A model generated the notes under the pieces. It saw only the letters and a list, made by a program, of their open reading frames with translations, had not been told where the DNA came from and did no database searches. A stretch of 64,000 nt of DNA from Oscillospiraceae bacterium (GTDB lineage: Bacteria > Bacillota > Clostridia > Oscillospirales > Oscillospiraceae), in assembly GCA_017631545.1 (NCBI GenBank), contig JAGBTC010000317.1:1588-65587 (forward strand), given 5' to 3'. This document shows, piece after piece, positions 26,515 through 37,100 of this stretch. Each line of letters begins with the position of its first letter. Position 1 is the stretch's first letter. The position numbers and the translations under genes were made by a program.

Positions 26515-27714
26515 TCAGTTATACCGAACGGTCTGCCTAGTGCGGATCAACTCTGTCAGGGGGGTGGTAGTTGCAAGCAATCGACCAGATTGAGAGCGTA
26601 ATGTGGAGGTGTCTCCGATTTCCAGCTTGATTGCCTTTATTAGTTTGTTGGAAGATTCAGACAGATTACCACCGATATTAAACGTAACCGTTGTGCCATC
26701 ATTACGGTAGATATAGAAGTCCAGACCGTCAACCGTAACCGAGGCTTGCACCCCCGTTGTGTTGTCCAGCGTAAACGTGACGGAATTTATGGTGTCATCT
26801 ACCCATCCTGTCAACGTAAGTTCCTGCCCCACCAAGCGAGATGACATATCGTTTGTCATCCATTCGGTCATATATCCGAATCCAGAACCAGACAGCTTTA
26901 TACCACCTTGGGCAACGGTCATTGTGCCGTTCATAATTTGCCAACCATCAAGCGCCCACACCAATGACCCGGACGAAGTGTATGACGAATTGCCACGAGA
27001 ATTAGACGGATCAGCAAAATCCCAGTTGACTGCAAGATTGTAACGGCAGAGAGGGATTTCTCCACCAGACCCGGGGGGAGAATAGGTAAACGCACCCGGC
27101 CCTTGATTGTAAAAGAATGTGTCCGTGAAGAACTCATACAATCCGGGGGTTCCTGCCGCATCCAGCGCGGGGCGAAACATCCTTTTCTGTACAGCTCCCT
27201 CATAGATGTCAAATCCGTACAGTTTCATTTTGCAGATATGGGTATCGGTGATTGCGGAGCCAAAATTATCTGTAGTAAACAGATAGAGGGGATATGTGGA
27301 TATACTGCCGCTTTGGTTGAATGACAAATTTATAACGGATTTGCCAGAGTACACCTGACCAATATTGCGAGTCGCCCTGATAGTTACAGTTTTGCCGTAG
27401 TAGTCGGAAAAATCAGAAGTATAAGACGGTCCACCCCAGCAGAAAAAGCAGTTGTTTGAACCGTTATTCTTGGCGTAGAATATGCACTCGCCTACGCCAC
27501 CGCCTTCCATCACGCCATATGGAGAGGCCCAATTCGGGTTGGTACTGTCTATCTCCACGGTTGCGATAATCAAATCAGTATCTGCATTAACAGCGTACCC
27601 CGTGTCAATGTATTCTCCCGCCCCGGTGCTGGCGATGTATTGCAAAGGGGTCATTCCTTCCCCACCACCGCCGCCGGAGCCGCCCATCATTATCGGATTT
27701 CCCCAAATGCTCAT
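26515..27714 (-). CDS. Fibre/receptor-binding-like virion protein
   Basis: LQYI.STG..YIDTG lectin-like domain plus NLxxNWxF domain; ATGA coupling. Confidence 0.75.
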   Translation of the reverse strand: MSIWGNPIMMGGSGGGGGEGMTPLQYIASTGAGEYIDTGYAVNADTDLIIATVEIDSTNPNWASPYGVMEGGGVGECIFYAKNNGSNNCFFCWGGPSYTSDFSDYYGKTVTIRATRNIGQVYSGKSVINLSFNQSGSISTYPLYLFTTDNFGSAITDTHICKMKLYGFDIYEGAVQKRMFRPALDAAGTPGLYEFFTDTFFYNQGPGAFTYSPPGSGGEIPLCRYNLAVNWDFADPSNSRGNSSYTSSGSLVWALDGWQIMNGTMTVAQGGIKLSGSGFGYMTEWMTNDMSSRLVGQELTLTGWVDDTINSVTFTLDNTTGVQASVTVDGLDFYIYRNDGTTVTFNIGGNLSESSNKLIKAIKLEIGDTSTLRSQSGRLLATTTPLTELIRTRQTVRYN

Positions 27715-28433
27715 TTCGTTTCCTCCACTGTGCATTGCACCGTCATTTCCGCCGACGGCGCGGCTCCCACCGCGTAGGCCGTCAGCGTCCCGTTGTTGTT
27801 CTCGATCACCATTCCGGTCACGCCGTCAGATATCAGGCTCGCTATCTGTGCCGCCGTAAGCTGCAAGTCCACCTTGCTGTTCGCCGTCACCGTTGCTCCC
27901 GTGACCGTCACCGTCTGCGAGTAGGGACTTGCGCTCCCCGTCCACGTCCCGGACATCGTGATGCTTCCTACGTCTGGCGGCGTCGCTTTCGTCGCCACGG
28001 TTTCCGTAAGATTAAAAACGTCGTCCGCCAGATACGCCCTGTCCCAGTGCGCTTCCGTCCACGCCTCCGCCGGATTGATGTCCATTTTGGCTTTGTAAAG
28101 CTTCCCGGCGTGGATGCAGTATTCTCCGGTGTCGTAGGTGGCCGTCGGGTCGTAGTCCAGCGCCAGGTTCCCGTTGGCGTCCCCCTCCGCCGTCCATACG
28201 TTCGCGTCCTCCGCCGCCGTCACCAGCTTGTATATCGTCGGAGGCGTGGTGGATACGTCGGCGTACCGCTGCCCCGGAACGCCGGTGGTATACTGCGTTG
28301 GGGGACCGCTCCCCTTCAGTATCTGGCTCGCCTGTATCGTCCCGGACATCGCCAGCAGTTCCGTATCGTCGATGGCCGGTGCCATGTTGTTTATCCAGAC
28401 GGGAGCCACATAGTTCCCTTGATACATCGGCAT
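27711..28433 (-). CDS. Tail-associated protein with carbohydrate-binding-like module
   Basis: Y..GEYCIH.GKLYKA...W..AHW; C-terminus paralogous to 44807..45151. Confidence 0.8.
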   Translation of the reverse strand: MPMYQGNYVAPVWINNMAPAIDDTELLAMSGTIQASQILKGSGPPTQYTTGVPGQRYADVSTTPPTIYKLVTAAEDANVWTAEGDANGNLALDYDPTATYDTGEYCIHAGKLYKAKMDINPAEAWTEAHWDRAYLADDVFNLTETVATKATPPDVGSITMSGTWTGSASPYSQTVTVTGATVTANSKVDLQLTAAQIASLISDGVTGMVIENNNGTLTAYAVGAAPSAEMTVQCTVEETK

Positions 28434-28453
28434 ACAATCACTTACCTTTCAAG

Positions 28454-28496
28454 CCTCCCCTTCAGGGGAGGGGGACCGCTCTGCGGTGGAGAGGTC
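28454..28496. repeat. REP-like palindrome copy 1
   Basis: CCTCCCC-ttca-GGGGAGG-GGGACCGC..GCGGTGGAGAGGTC. Confidence 0.85.
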
Positions 28497-28506
28497 TCAG
28501 CTTTCC

Positions 28507-28956
28507 TCAAAGAAATTTGTGCTCCCTGGCGCACTCGTCGTACACCTTGCGGATGATCTCCGCACTTCTCAGGGTCAGTTCGTTCTTGAACTTCGGATGC
28601 TCCGCGCAGTATTGGTCGTACACGGTGATATCCTGCAAGCACTGCTCGAAATTCCCCTGCGTGTGAAGGTGCTTTGGCTCGTTTATCAGTTCGTCCGCGA
28701 AGCGAAGTATCCTCGTCCGGCACATGACGGCGTAGCGCTCGTCGTCTGCCGAGATGTGGTCTTTCAGTTCCTGCTTCACTTCGGCAATATTGTCCAGTAT
28801 CTGCTTCAGCTTTCCCTTCTTTTCGTCCCGCTTTGCCCAAATCCGGTTGATGACAAGCGTGATGATACCGAAGACTCCGCCGATGATCCCCGCCATGACC
28901 CCCGCCGTTTGCAGCAGGGAAGCAAATGTTATGACTTCACTTGCCGCGTTCTCCAT
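28507..28956 (-). CDS. Single-TM protein, holin/antiholin-like
   Basis: N-terminal TM then RxRILxFxDE...YxxYC...FKN. Confidence 0.7.
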   Translation of the reverse strand: MENAASEVITFASLLQTAGVMAGIIGGVFGIITLVINRIWAKRDEKKGKLKQILDNIAEVKQELKDHISADDERYAVMCRTRILRFADELINEPKHLHTQGNFEQCLQDITVYDQYCAEHPKFKNELTLRSAEIIRKVYDECAREHKFL

Positions 28957-29281
28957 CTGCCTCTGCCTCCGTGTCTTCTTTCTTTCTCCGCTTCTTTGCC
29001 TCCCCTTTAGGGGAGGGGGACCGCCCGCAGGCGGTGGAGAGGTCTTCCCCCGCTTTCTTCTCCGTTTTTTTCTTCGGCTTCGCAGTCGAGACTTCGCCGC
29101 CCAGTTCGGCTGGCGGGTCGGTTTCCAGCTTTATCGTAACCGGCGCGGGATCTTCTATCTCCCGCACCTCGGCGATGCTCGCACTCAGCTTCCGCACCCG
29201 GTCTTCCCCGGTCAGCCAGTATTTCCCGTCTTCCCCCGTGATGGCGCGGGTGTTCCCGTCTCTAAACACAAGAATCTTCAT
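28937..29281 (-). CDS. Hypothetical protein with Lys-rich tail containing in-frame REP
   Basis: AAGGAG SD. Confidence 0.7.
   Translation of the reverse strand: MKILVFRDGNTRAITGEDGKYWLTGEDRVRKLSASIAEVREIEDPAPVTIKLETDPPAELGGEVSTAKPKKKTEKKAGEDLSTACGRSPSPKGEAKKRRKKEDTEAEADGERGK
28999..29044. repeat. REP-like palindrome copy 2 (intragenic)
   Basis: Identical to copy 4. Confidence 0.85.
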
Positions 29282-29305
29282 GGTATCATTCAATCTCCTT
29301 CTTCT

Positions 29306-29320
29306 GGATTTTTGGTGCCA
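29306..29320 (-). promoter_or_regulatory. Late motif TGGCACCAAAAATCC copy 1
   Basis: 15-mer repeated at 44791 and 57389. Confidence 0.65.
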
Positions 29321-29330
29321 TATTTTCGTG

Positions 29331-29374
29331 CTTCCCTCTAGGGGAGGGGGACCATCGAAGATGGTGGAGAGGTC
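29331..29374. repeat. REP-like palindrome copy 3
   Basis: Variant stem ACCATC-GAA-GATGGT. Confidence 0.8.
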
Positions 29375-29389
29375 TTTCCCCGTCGTCTG

Positions 29390-32300
29390 TCACACTATGA
29401 ATCTCTCCGGCCACTCCGTCACCGTCGCCACGGGGAAGTCGTTCACGCTTACTGCGGTGATGGTCATGGGGCCGCTGTATGCCAGTGGTCTCGTGTACCC
29501 CTGTATCAGATGCCGTTCGACCGGGCTTCCCTCCTTGTCCGTCCGCACGACCTCCACCAGACTGTTGAGGGAAATGTGCATCATCTGGATGCAGTTGATG
29601 CTCACTGCTTTCTGGAGGACGCTCGCCCGCTTCAGCTTCCATTCCGCCAGGTCACGGCACTGGGTCGTGGTGGCGTAGCCGCTGGCGCTCTCCCGCTTGG
29701 TCTTGCGTCCGATCAGGTTCACGTTGGTGTCGCTCCTGGGGTCGTAGTTCGTCGCCCGTCCTCCGGGCTGTGCGTAATCGTCGAGCTGTTCCCCCACCAC
29801 GATGTAGTCGTTGTAAACGTCCTCTTTCTTGACGGTGTAGGCAAGCCCGGTAAGCTGCGCTTCCTCCTGCGTGAACCGCCACAGCACCGGCTTGTTGATG
29901 TCCAGAATGTCGTCCTGGCTGGGGTCAATCCGAAGCCTCCCCGTGTTGTCGTAGCCCACCAGGGCGTTCACCATCTCCGCAAGTCCGAGGATGACCTGCG
30001 CGATGGTTCCCCCGTCTCCGCTGACCGTCAGCGTATAGGGGCTGTCGGTCATGTAGGCGGTGGTCCCGTCCGTCAGTTCCTGCGTCATGCCGTTGTAGTA
30101 TTCCGTATAGACCGGGGCAACCCCGTCCACCGGCAGTCCGTTCCCCCTGTCCTCCTCCAGCAGCGCCGTGATGGGTTCAAAAATGTTTGTGCCGACCGGA
30201 ACTTCGTATGTCCCCTCCAGATTGCCGCCGAGAGTGCCGTCTAGTTCCGCCCACTTGTCTATCAGGCGGTAGGTGACGGTCCGTGTCTTCGGGTCTATCT
30301 TCTCCTGCGGGTTGTCGATGACGAATACCCCCGTCTGCCGGTAGTATTCGCTTCCGTCGGAGAGGACAAGCCCCTCGTCCAACGCCACCTCCTGCCCAAA
30401 CCAGACCTTGTTGACCGCCGTTTCAAATTCCAAATCGGCGTTGTCCAGCGTCACCGTCGCGCTGACTCGCTGCCCGTTCTGGAGGTTGGCCGTCACGCTG
30501 CCGCTGGCGATAAAAGCGCGGCTGCGCTTATTGCGCGGGTTGTTGTCAAGCGCGTAGGCCGTGGTCCCGTTGGGATTCATAAAACGCAGGCGGCACAGCT
30601 TGACGAAAGAGGTGCGAAGCTGCTTGAGATAGTCCTTCTGCCGGTCGATGGTGGTATAGTCCCGGCCTATCAGTATCTGGATGGTGGCCGCTGGGCTGTC
30701 GTAGTAGCCGCTTCCGGGAATGGCCGCCACCACGCTGTAAAGATAGGTCTGCCCCGTGACAAGCCCCTCGTCAGTATAGGTCTTTGCGCTTCCCTGATAT
30801 ATCAGCGCTCCGTCCCGGCGCAGGGTATATGTGACCGTGGCCCCGTAATCCCGGACGCTCCAGTTCAGCGTTGTGCTGGTCTGCGTCTGGCTGGCTTCGA
30901 TCAGCGTCGGCGTTTCGATCTGCGGTTTGACCCCGACCGTGATGCTCACGCCGGTGCTGGTATAGTAGCCGCTGGCCTTGGAGTAGACCGTGTATCGGTA
31001 AGTACCCCCAGGCTGCGTGGTATTGTCCGTAAAGCTGTTTCCCGTGACGGTTCCCATCTTCGTGCCGTCGCGGTATACGTCGTAGCTGGTGGCGTGGGGA
31101 GCCGCCGTCCAGGTCAGGGTCGCGCTGCGCACCGTCTGCGATGCCGCCAGATTCGTCACGTTGGCGAGCTGCGGCTTGTTTTCGGTGCTGATGCTTGCCG
31201 GGTCGCTGTCCCACCGTCCGCTGGCTTTTGCCACGATGGTGTAGGTGTAGCTCGTCCCCGCCCCGGCGCTGCTGTCCTGATACCGGTTCGTGCTGACCGT
31301 GGCAACGGGCGTTCCGTTCCTGCTCACCGCATAACTCGTCGCCCCGTCAACGGCATTCCACGTCACCGTCGTCGAATTGACGGCGTAGCTGGCCCGAAGA
31401 TTGGTCGGCGTCGCCAGCTTTTCCTGCGAAGTAAATGTGACGACCGCCGGTTCGCTTGGGGCCTGCGTGGAGGATATCGCCTGTATTTTCCTCGTGTATT
31501 GCGTGTCGTCGGATATCCCCGTCTCCGTATAAGGCGAGCCGCTGATCGTCGTCAGCAGGATGTTGTTCTCGTCGTAGACCCGGTAGGAAGAAGCGCCGCT
31601 GACACCGGTAAAGGAAATTTGCACGGTTCCTTCCGTCGGGTAGCTGACCCCGGTGATGACCGGCTGCTGAAGCTGGCCTTGAATGACGGTGATACGGATA
31701 TATCCCATTCCCCGGTGCCCGGTTCGCGTATCCCCGTTCGGCTCCGTGATGGTGTCTTCTCCGCCCTTGTTTTCCGTATCTGTCAGGTAGTAGGTGCTGT
31801 TCAGCCCGTAACCGCTTGGGACCCTGCTTGCCGTTGCGGCAGAATAAGCGAATCCGTTTCCGCCGCCGCCGCCGTAATAATGGGTAACAAGGGTCGTGGT
31901 CCCGGTAATTCTGTACCCTCCGTAGCCTCCGCCGTACCATCCGCCGCCGCCGCTGTTTCCACCACGGTTCTCTCCGTAAATGTCCAGGACATAGCCTCCG
32001 GCCCCAAATTCCGCCGGTTTCTTTGTGTCAATATTGCGCCAGCCTGTTCCGCCGGTTCCTCCGGCGTTCGCGGATGCACCCTTGCCGTCCACTTCCCTTG
32101 TTCCGGCATCGCCGCCTGTCAATCCTCCGGCGACGCCTCCGGGATATGCAGATGCCTCCGGCGCGACGCCCTGTGGGGAGGTGATGATTATTTCGGGACC
32201 GCCGCCGCCTCCTGCGGTAAGGACGCGATAATAATAGGTGTTCCGGATCAGGCGGATGTCGCTCCCGCCGCCGCTGTATCCCGCTCCTCCGTTGGTGCCC

Positions 32301-32560
32301 ATCCCTCCCGGCGTTAAATAAGCCGTTGTTGCCGCATTCAGCGTAAGCGTACCTTTGGCATATCCTCCGGCGCTTATTGCCGGTTGACTCGCAATCGGCA
32401 CTAGGATGGCCCCGCAGCTTCCCCACACTTCCAACTGAAAGATTCCTCTCGGAAGGGTCATTTGCAGGGAGTTGTTGTCTCCGGGCTTGTAGGCGTAATC
32501 CAGGATATCCCCGGTCAGAATTTGCGTCGGTATTCCGTCTCTCAGATTATATCTCGCCAT
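29390..32560 (-). CDS. Tail/baseplate protein: Gly-rich domain + FN3 repeats + hub domain
   Basis: LEVWG..GGY..G Gly-rich domain; repeated W..V.GA.SY.VYR FN3 motifs; position after distal tail gene. Confidence 0.85.
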   Translation of the reverse strand: MARYNLRDGIPTQILTGDILDYAYKPGDNNSLQMTLPRGIFQLEVWGSCGAILVPIASQPAISAGGYAKGTLTLNAATTAYLTPGGMGTNGGAGYSGGGSDIRLIRNTYYYRVLTAGGGGGPEIIITSPQGVAPEASAYPGGVAGGLTGGDAGTREVDGKGASANAGGTGGTGWRNIDTKKPAEFGAGGYVLDIYGENRGGNSGGGGWYGGGYGGYRITGTTTLVTHYYGGGGGNGFAYSAATASRVPSGYGLNSTYYLTDTENKGGEDTITEPNGDTRTGHRGMGYIRITVIQGQLQQPVITGVSYPTEGTVQISFTGVSGASSYRVYDENNILLTTISGSPYTETGISDDTQYTRKIQAISSTQAPSEPAVVTFTSQEKLATPTNLRASYAVNSTTVTWNAVDGATSYAVSRNGTPVATVSTNRYQDSSAGAGTSYTYTIVAKASGRWDSDPASISTENKPQLANVTNLAASQTVRSATLTWTAAPHATSYDVYRDGTKMGTVTGNSFTDNTTQPGGTYRYTVYSKASGYYTSTGVSITVGVKPQIETPTLIEASQTQTSTTLNWSVRDYGATVTYTLRRDGALIYQGSAKTYTDEGLVTGQTYLYSVVAAIPGSGYYDSPAATIQILIGRDYTTIDRQKDYLKQLRTSFVKLCRLRFMNPNGTTAYALDNNPRNKRSRAFIASGSVTANLQNGQRVSATVTLDNADLEFETAVNKVWFGQEVALDEGLVLSDGSEYYRQTGVFVIDNPQEKIDPKTRTVTYRLIDKWAELDGTLGGNLEGTYEVPVGTNIFEPITALLEEDRGNGLPVDGVAPVYTEYYNGMTQELTDGTTAYMTDSPYTLTVSGDGGTIAQVILGLAEMVNALVGYDNTGRLRIDPSQDDILDINKPVLWRFTQEEAQLTGLAYTVKKEDVYNDYIVVGEQLDDYAQPGGRATNYDPRSDTNVNLIGRKTKRESASGYATTTQCRDLAEWKLKRASVLQKAVSINCIQMMHISLNSLVEVVRTDKEGSPVERHLIQGYTRPLAYSGPMTITAVSVNDFPVATVTEWPERFIV

Positions 32561-32585
32561 ACGTCATTCTCCCGTTCCTTTATAG

Positions 32586-32631
32586 CCTCCCCTTTAGGGG
32601 AGGGGGACCGCCCGCAGGCGGTGGAGAGGTC
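32586..32631. repeat. REP-like palindrome copy 4
   Basis: Intergenic. Confidence 0.85.
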
Positions 32632-32648
32632 TTCCACGCCGCGCCCCG

Positions 32649-34082
32649 TCACCCGGTATACCCGTAGATCACCGCCTGCGAAGCATCCTCCAGCGCGATC
32701 CACGGCACCGATACCGTCTGCGCCAGACTCTCTGTTTTTTCGCTGGTCGCCGCCGTGACCGCTCCGTTGATTCGTATGCGCATCACGTCGCCCTTGCTGC
32801 TCTTGAGGAAAAGGGGCTTCTCTGTCACGCTGAGTGCCATCAGCGCGTTCCGAAGCGTCAGGCTGTCCGTATACCTTCCGTCCGTCACCGTTCCCACAAG
32901 GGCTTTCAGCGTCCCGCTGCGGTAGTTCTGCGGCGCTGGCTGCACCGTGGGGTTCGCCGTGAAGTTCTGCATCACGTTGGGGGCGTTGTTGTTGGAAACG
33001 CTCCCGCTGTCCATGTTGTATTTGAAGTGGAACTGCTGCTCCGCGATAAAGTCCCCCGTCCCGTCGTGGGAGCATACCAAAAGCGTCCAGCGGTAGAAGA
33101 TAGGTCGTATCGCCGCGCTTCTCACGGGAGTGCCTATGATCGTCCCGGAACTGTTTGTAGCGGCCACCAGATAATTGTATGGCCCCTGACCGCTGGCGAC
33201 GCCGAAATCCGTTCCGTGCCGCAGGCTGACCGGGCATCCGCCCTTCCATATCAGAGCGCCGCTTCCCTCCTGCTCCCGGAATATCACCCAGTCCGTCTGT
33301 CCGGATACTGTCGTCATGTTGGTCCAGTCTACCACGATGCCGTTTACGTCCTTCTGGACGCCGACGGTCACGACCCCCTCCGTCTCCGCCACGTTATAGC
33401 TGACGTTGAAGGTCCTCCATCCCGTGTCCAGCAGTACGCCGCTGCTGGTCTGCCCCGTCGCCCGGAAGCTGTAGGTATAGCCGCTGCGGAATCCGGAGTA
33501 GGTGCTGGTATAAAGCGCCGCCCCGTATATATTCCCGCTGTCGTAGATGGGATTCTCCGTATCGGAGCCTGCGATGATGCGGTATCTGATCCAGTCCAGC
33601 GTGTCGCCCTGCTGCTGGCTGAAATTCACCGTGAAGGTGTATTTGTTGCTCGTTACCGTAGCCGGTACGCTGGAAAGGGTAAACGTCGGGTTCCGCCTCG
33701 TGATGAATACGCTGGCGCTGCTCTGGGTCACGCTGGCCTCCGTACCTCCGTCGTTGTAGTATTGCGTGATGACGAGCTTGTATTCGTTCCCGTTGGTGAT
33801 CCCGGCGGAACTGAGGTCCCCGGCGGGAATGGTATAGCTGTAGTATTGCAGGTTCCCCAGCGCGTCCGCTCCGTAAAACGGGGCGGAAAAAGTCTGCTTC
33901 CCCGTGGTGTATTTCTGTGTGGAAGCCCCGTCGTTGAGGTAAATGTCGATTTTCATACCCGTCATAACCGGGTAATCTCCGTTCACCTGCCAGCTCACCT
34001 TCATGGGGAGCGTGGCGTCTACGACCCCAAGCCCTATGCCGGATTTCAGATCCGGAACGATATTCGTTGCTTGAAACAGCAT
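32649..34082 (-). CDS. Distal tail-like protein with beta-sandwich domains
   Basis: Directly after tape measure; NYxSGxL motif. Confidence 0.75.
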   Translation of the reverse strand: MLFQATNIVPDLKSGIGLGVVDATLPMKVSWQVNGDYPVMTGMKIDIYLNDGASTQKYTTGKQTFSAPFYGADALGNLQYYSYTIPAGDLSSAGITNGNEYKLVITQYYNDGGTEASVTQSSASVFITRRNPTFTLSSVPATVTSNKYTFTVNFSQQQGDTLDWIRYRIIAGSDTENPIYDSGNIYGAALYTSTYSGFRSGYTYSFRATGQTSSGVLLDTGWRTFNVSYNVAETEGVVTVGVQKDVNGIVVDWTNMTTVSGQTDWVIFREQEGSGALIWKGGCPVSLRHGTDFGVASGQGPYNYLVAATNSSGTIIGTPVRSAAIRPIFYRWTLLVCSHDGTGDFIAEQQFHFKYNMDSGSVSNNNAPNVMQNFTANPTVQPAPQNYRSGTLKALVGTVTDGRYTDSLTLRNALMALSVTEKPLFLKSSKGDVMRIRINGAVTAATSEKTESLAQTVSVPWIALEDASQAVIYGYTG

Positions 34083-34105
34083 GATTCAGTCCGCTCCTCT
34101 TTGCG

Positions 34106-37100
34106 TCAGATTTTTCCCTTGAATTTTCCGAGACCCCGCGCCATCTGCGCCAGATCGAATACCGTCGTGGTTTTTGCCGACTGCTCTCCGATGGTCACGC
34201 CGTTCATGGTGTAGGTGTCACCGTTGTACTGTGCTCCGATGCTCTGGTCGATGGGCTGCGGTATTCCCTCCAGCATCCCGAACAGATTCCGCACCGTGTC
34301 CAAACCCATTCGGCTCAGGTCGTTGTTCACAGGGTCCATCATCTTCGCCGTGATATCCGGCGGCAGAACAAATTCGTCCCGTGCCGTGGCCTTGATCCCG
34401 CCGACGCCCCGCAGGATGCCGCCGCTGTCATAGGTCTGCTCTTTTGTGATGCCGAACTGCGCCATATGTTCCGCTTCCAGCTTATCCCAATCGACATACA
34501 CGCCCTCCGGTCTGATGGTCACGCGGCCGTTTATGTCCCGCATCATGCCGTGCCTTGCCAGCTCGTAATCTGTTGCGGTATTGGTATCATAGATGTACCC
34601 GTCTGAACTCTTGAACCAGTGGTGCTCTCCTTCCCCTGCCGTGTTGGAGAAGTACTTGTTCCCCGCAGCGTCGGCAACCCATTTTCTGTTTCCTTGCCAT
34701 ATACTGATGTTACCGGCATCTCCGGGAGCCGCCAAAAATCCCGTTCCTTTATACAAAGGTTTTCCGTCGGTGCTGCCGCCGCCTCCCGCGTTTGCCGCGT
34801 TCCCTGCAACCGCTTCATCCAGCGTTGCGTATTCGTTTCCGTAGCTGTCGTAGTATTTCCCCGTACCGGCTGCGCCTCGTATGCCGCCTCCGGAGCCTTT
34901 ACCCCCGCCGGAGCCTCCTCCGCCACCGCCGCCGGAGCCTCCTCCGCCACCGCCGCCGGAACCGCCTTTTCCACCACCGCCGCCGGTCGCGTCGTAGACG
35001 ACTCCCTTCTGGCTTCCGTAAAGCTGGCTGCCGTTGAGATACCAGTAACCGCTGGGGTCGTAGGTCGCCCCGATAAGTTTTCCTAGAAACTCGTTCTGCG
35101 CGTGGAGCAGCTTTTTTTCTTCGTCCGTGGCGTCGAACCACCTTGCGGAGTTCACCTTCATCAGATTGATGATGACGGCTTTCCACAGCTCGTCGATGGA
35201 CATATTTGTTTTGTCCATCCCGGCGATGGCCTCGTCCAGCGCCCCCGTCATGTCGATGCCGTACTTGTCGGCGATCTCCTTGGCCTGGTCCCGGAGGTAG
35301 CTGTAGGCTTCCTCCATCGTCATTTCGCCTTCACGCACTTTCTCCGCAGCTTCGTCGAAAGCTTTTTTGAAAGCGCCCACGGCGGTCTCGTACTGCTTTA
35401 GCTGCTCATTGAGTTTGCCCACGCTGGCACCGAGACTGTCCGCCACTTCCTGCGTCAGCCCGTCGATGCCGTGGTTCAGCTCCTTGAACCCGCCGATGCT
35501 GTCATCCAGCACGAATCCCAGGTCCACCCCGTAGGTGTCCTGGATCTTCTTCATCTCCTCGTACATATAGTCGTAGGCTTCCTTGAAGGTCATAGCCCCC
35601 GACTTGATTTGTTCGCTGACGTACTCCCACGCGCTCTTGAACGCTTTCCACGCCTGCTCCCGCTGATACTTGGTCAGGTCATCCTGCGCCTTTTTCAGTG
35701 CGTCCTGTGCGCTCTTGACGTTCTTCGCGTTGGCCTGCCATTCCCACTGCCCGGTCGCCGCGTTGTAGTACCGGACCGTGCGCTCCCGCTGGGCGTTGGC
35801 AAGGGCGGCTTCCGCCTGCTGTACCGCAAGGATTCTTTCTTCAAGGGTGAGTTCCTTTTCCTTGTCCTCGATCAGCTTGGCGTAGTAGTCATCAACCGTC
35901 TTCTTGAGCGTGTCGAACATCTCCTGCTGGAGTTTCTTCTGTTCCTCCAGCAGCTTTGCTTCTTCTTCGAGCTGTTTCTTCCGCGCTTCCTCCGCTTTGG
36001 CGAGGTCGTCGTTGATGTTTTTCTGGATGTTCCACCACTCGGTACTGAGTGCGAGAATATCCTCTTCCAGCGCCTTGATCTTGGCTTCGTGCTCCGCCTT
36101 TTCTTCTTCCGCGACTTCCTCCGCCTTGAGGATTTCAAGCTGCGCCCGGAGATATTCCGCTTCGTCGTGGAGCGCCGCCTGGATGACTTTGCGCTTGGCG
36201 TTGATCTCGTCCAGGCTTTTTCCACTGGCCTGCAAAAAGCTCAGTTCCGCTTTTTCCAGGCTGATGATGGCTTTCAGCCGCTCCAGCTCCGTGTCCTTGG
36301 TGCTGGCGCTGTCCGGCGCGGAGGACACCGGCGTATAGCTGCTCCGCCCGGTGCTGCTCGTGTCTGGCTTGTAGCTGCTCCGCGCCCGTAGCGTGGCAAC
36401 GTAGGAATCCCACTCGGCCTTCTGCTGTCGGACGCTTGCAAGCTGCTTGTCCACGTTGCCCACTGCATCGTTGGGGTTCATCCCCCCCGCGGTAAAGGCC
36501 AGCACTCCGGCCATTTGTGCCTGTGCCTGCTGATTCGTCATGGCTGCAAGCGCTGCGCCCGCCACGTCCCAATAAGCCGCGGCCATGTCTTCAAGCTGCG
36601 AAATGGCGTCGGAAAATTCCAACTGCTTCTGCGTGTCGATAAAGTCAAGGAGATCCGCTTTGCTCGCAAGCAGGCTTGCGTCGATGTTCAGGGTAGCGGT
36701 GTGGAAGTCGTAAAGCTTTGCGGTGCTTCCGGGAATGATCGACTCCAGATTTTTCATCGCCTGGTTCACTTCGTAGCTTTCTGCTCCGAAGTTCTGCAAA
36801 GCGGTAATAACGTTGGCGATCACCACGTCGAAGCTTGTAGCCTTTTCGCTGGCTGCTTTGAGAATGTCAGAAAGGGTTTTGAAAGGCTGCGCGGCTTCGT
36901 CGGTTTTCTTCCCCACCTCCTCGATATCTTCTCCGGCTTGTTTCAGTCCCTGTCGTCCCGCTTGCACGGCGGTTGTTCCTTCGTCCAGATACCAGAGGAA
37001 GTTGTTGATGGTGTCGAGCGCTTTCCGCCCATCCTCCGGGAACTTGGTCCCCATAAGTTCGCTGTATTCTTCCAGTTCCGTTTTCATCTCACGGAGCTTT

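Noticed and set aside
21128-32560. Diversity-generating retroelement or invertible fibre shufflon
   Set aside because: No reverse transcriptase, no TR/VR pair differing at adenines and no inverted fibre cassettes seen by eye
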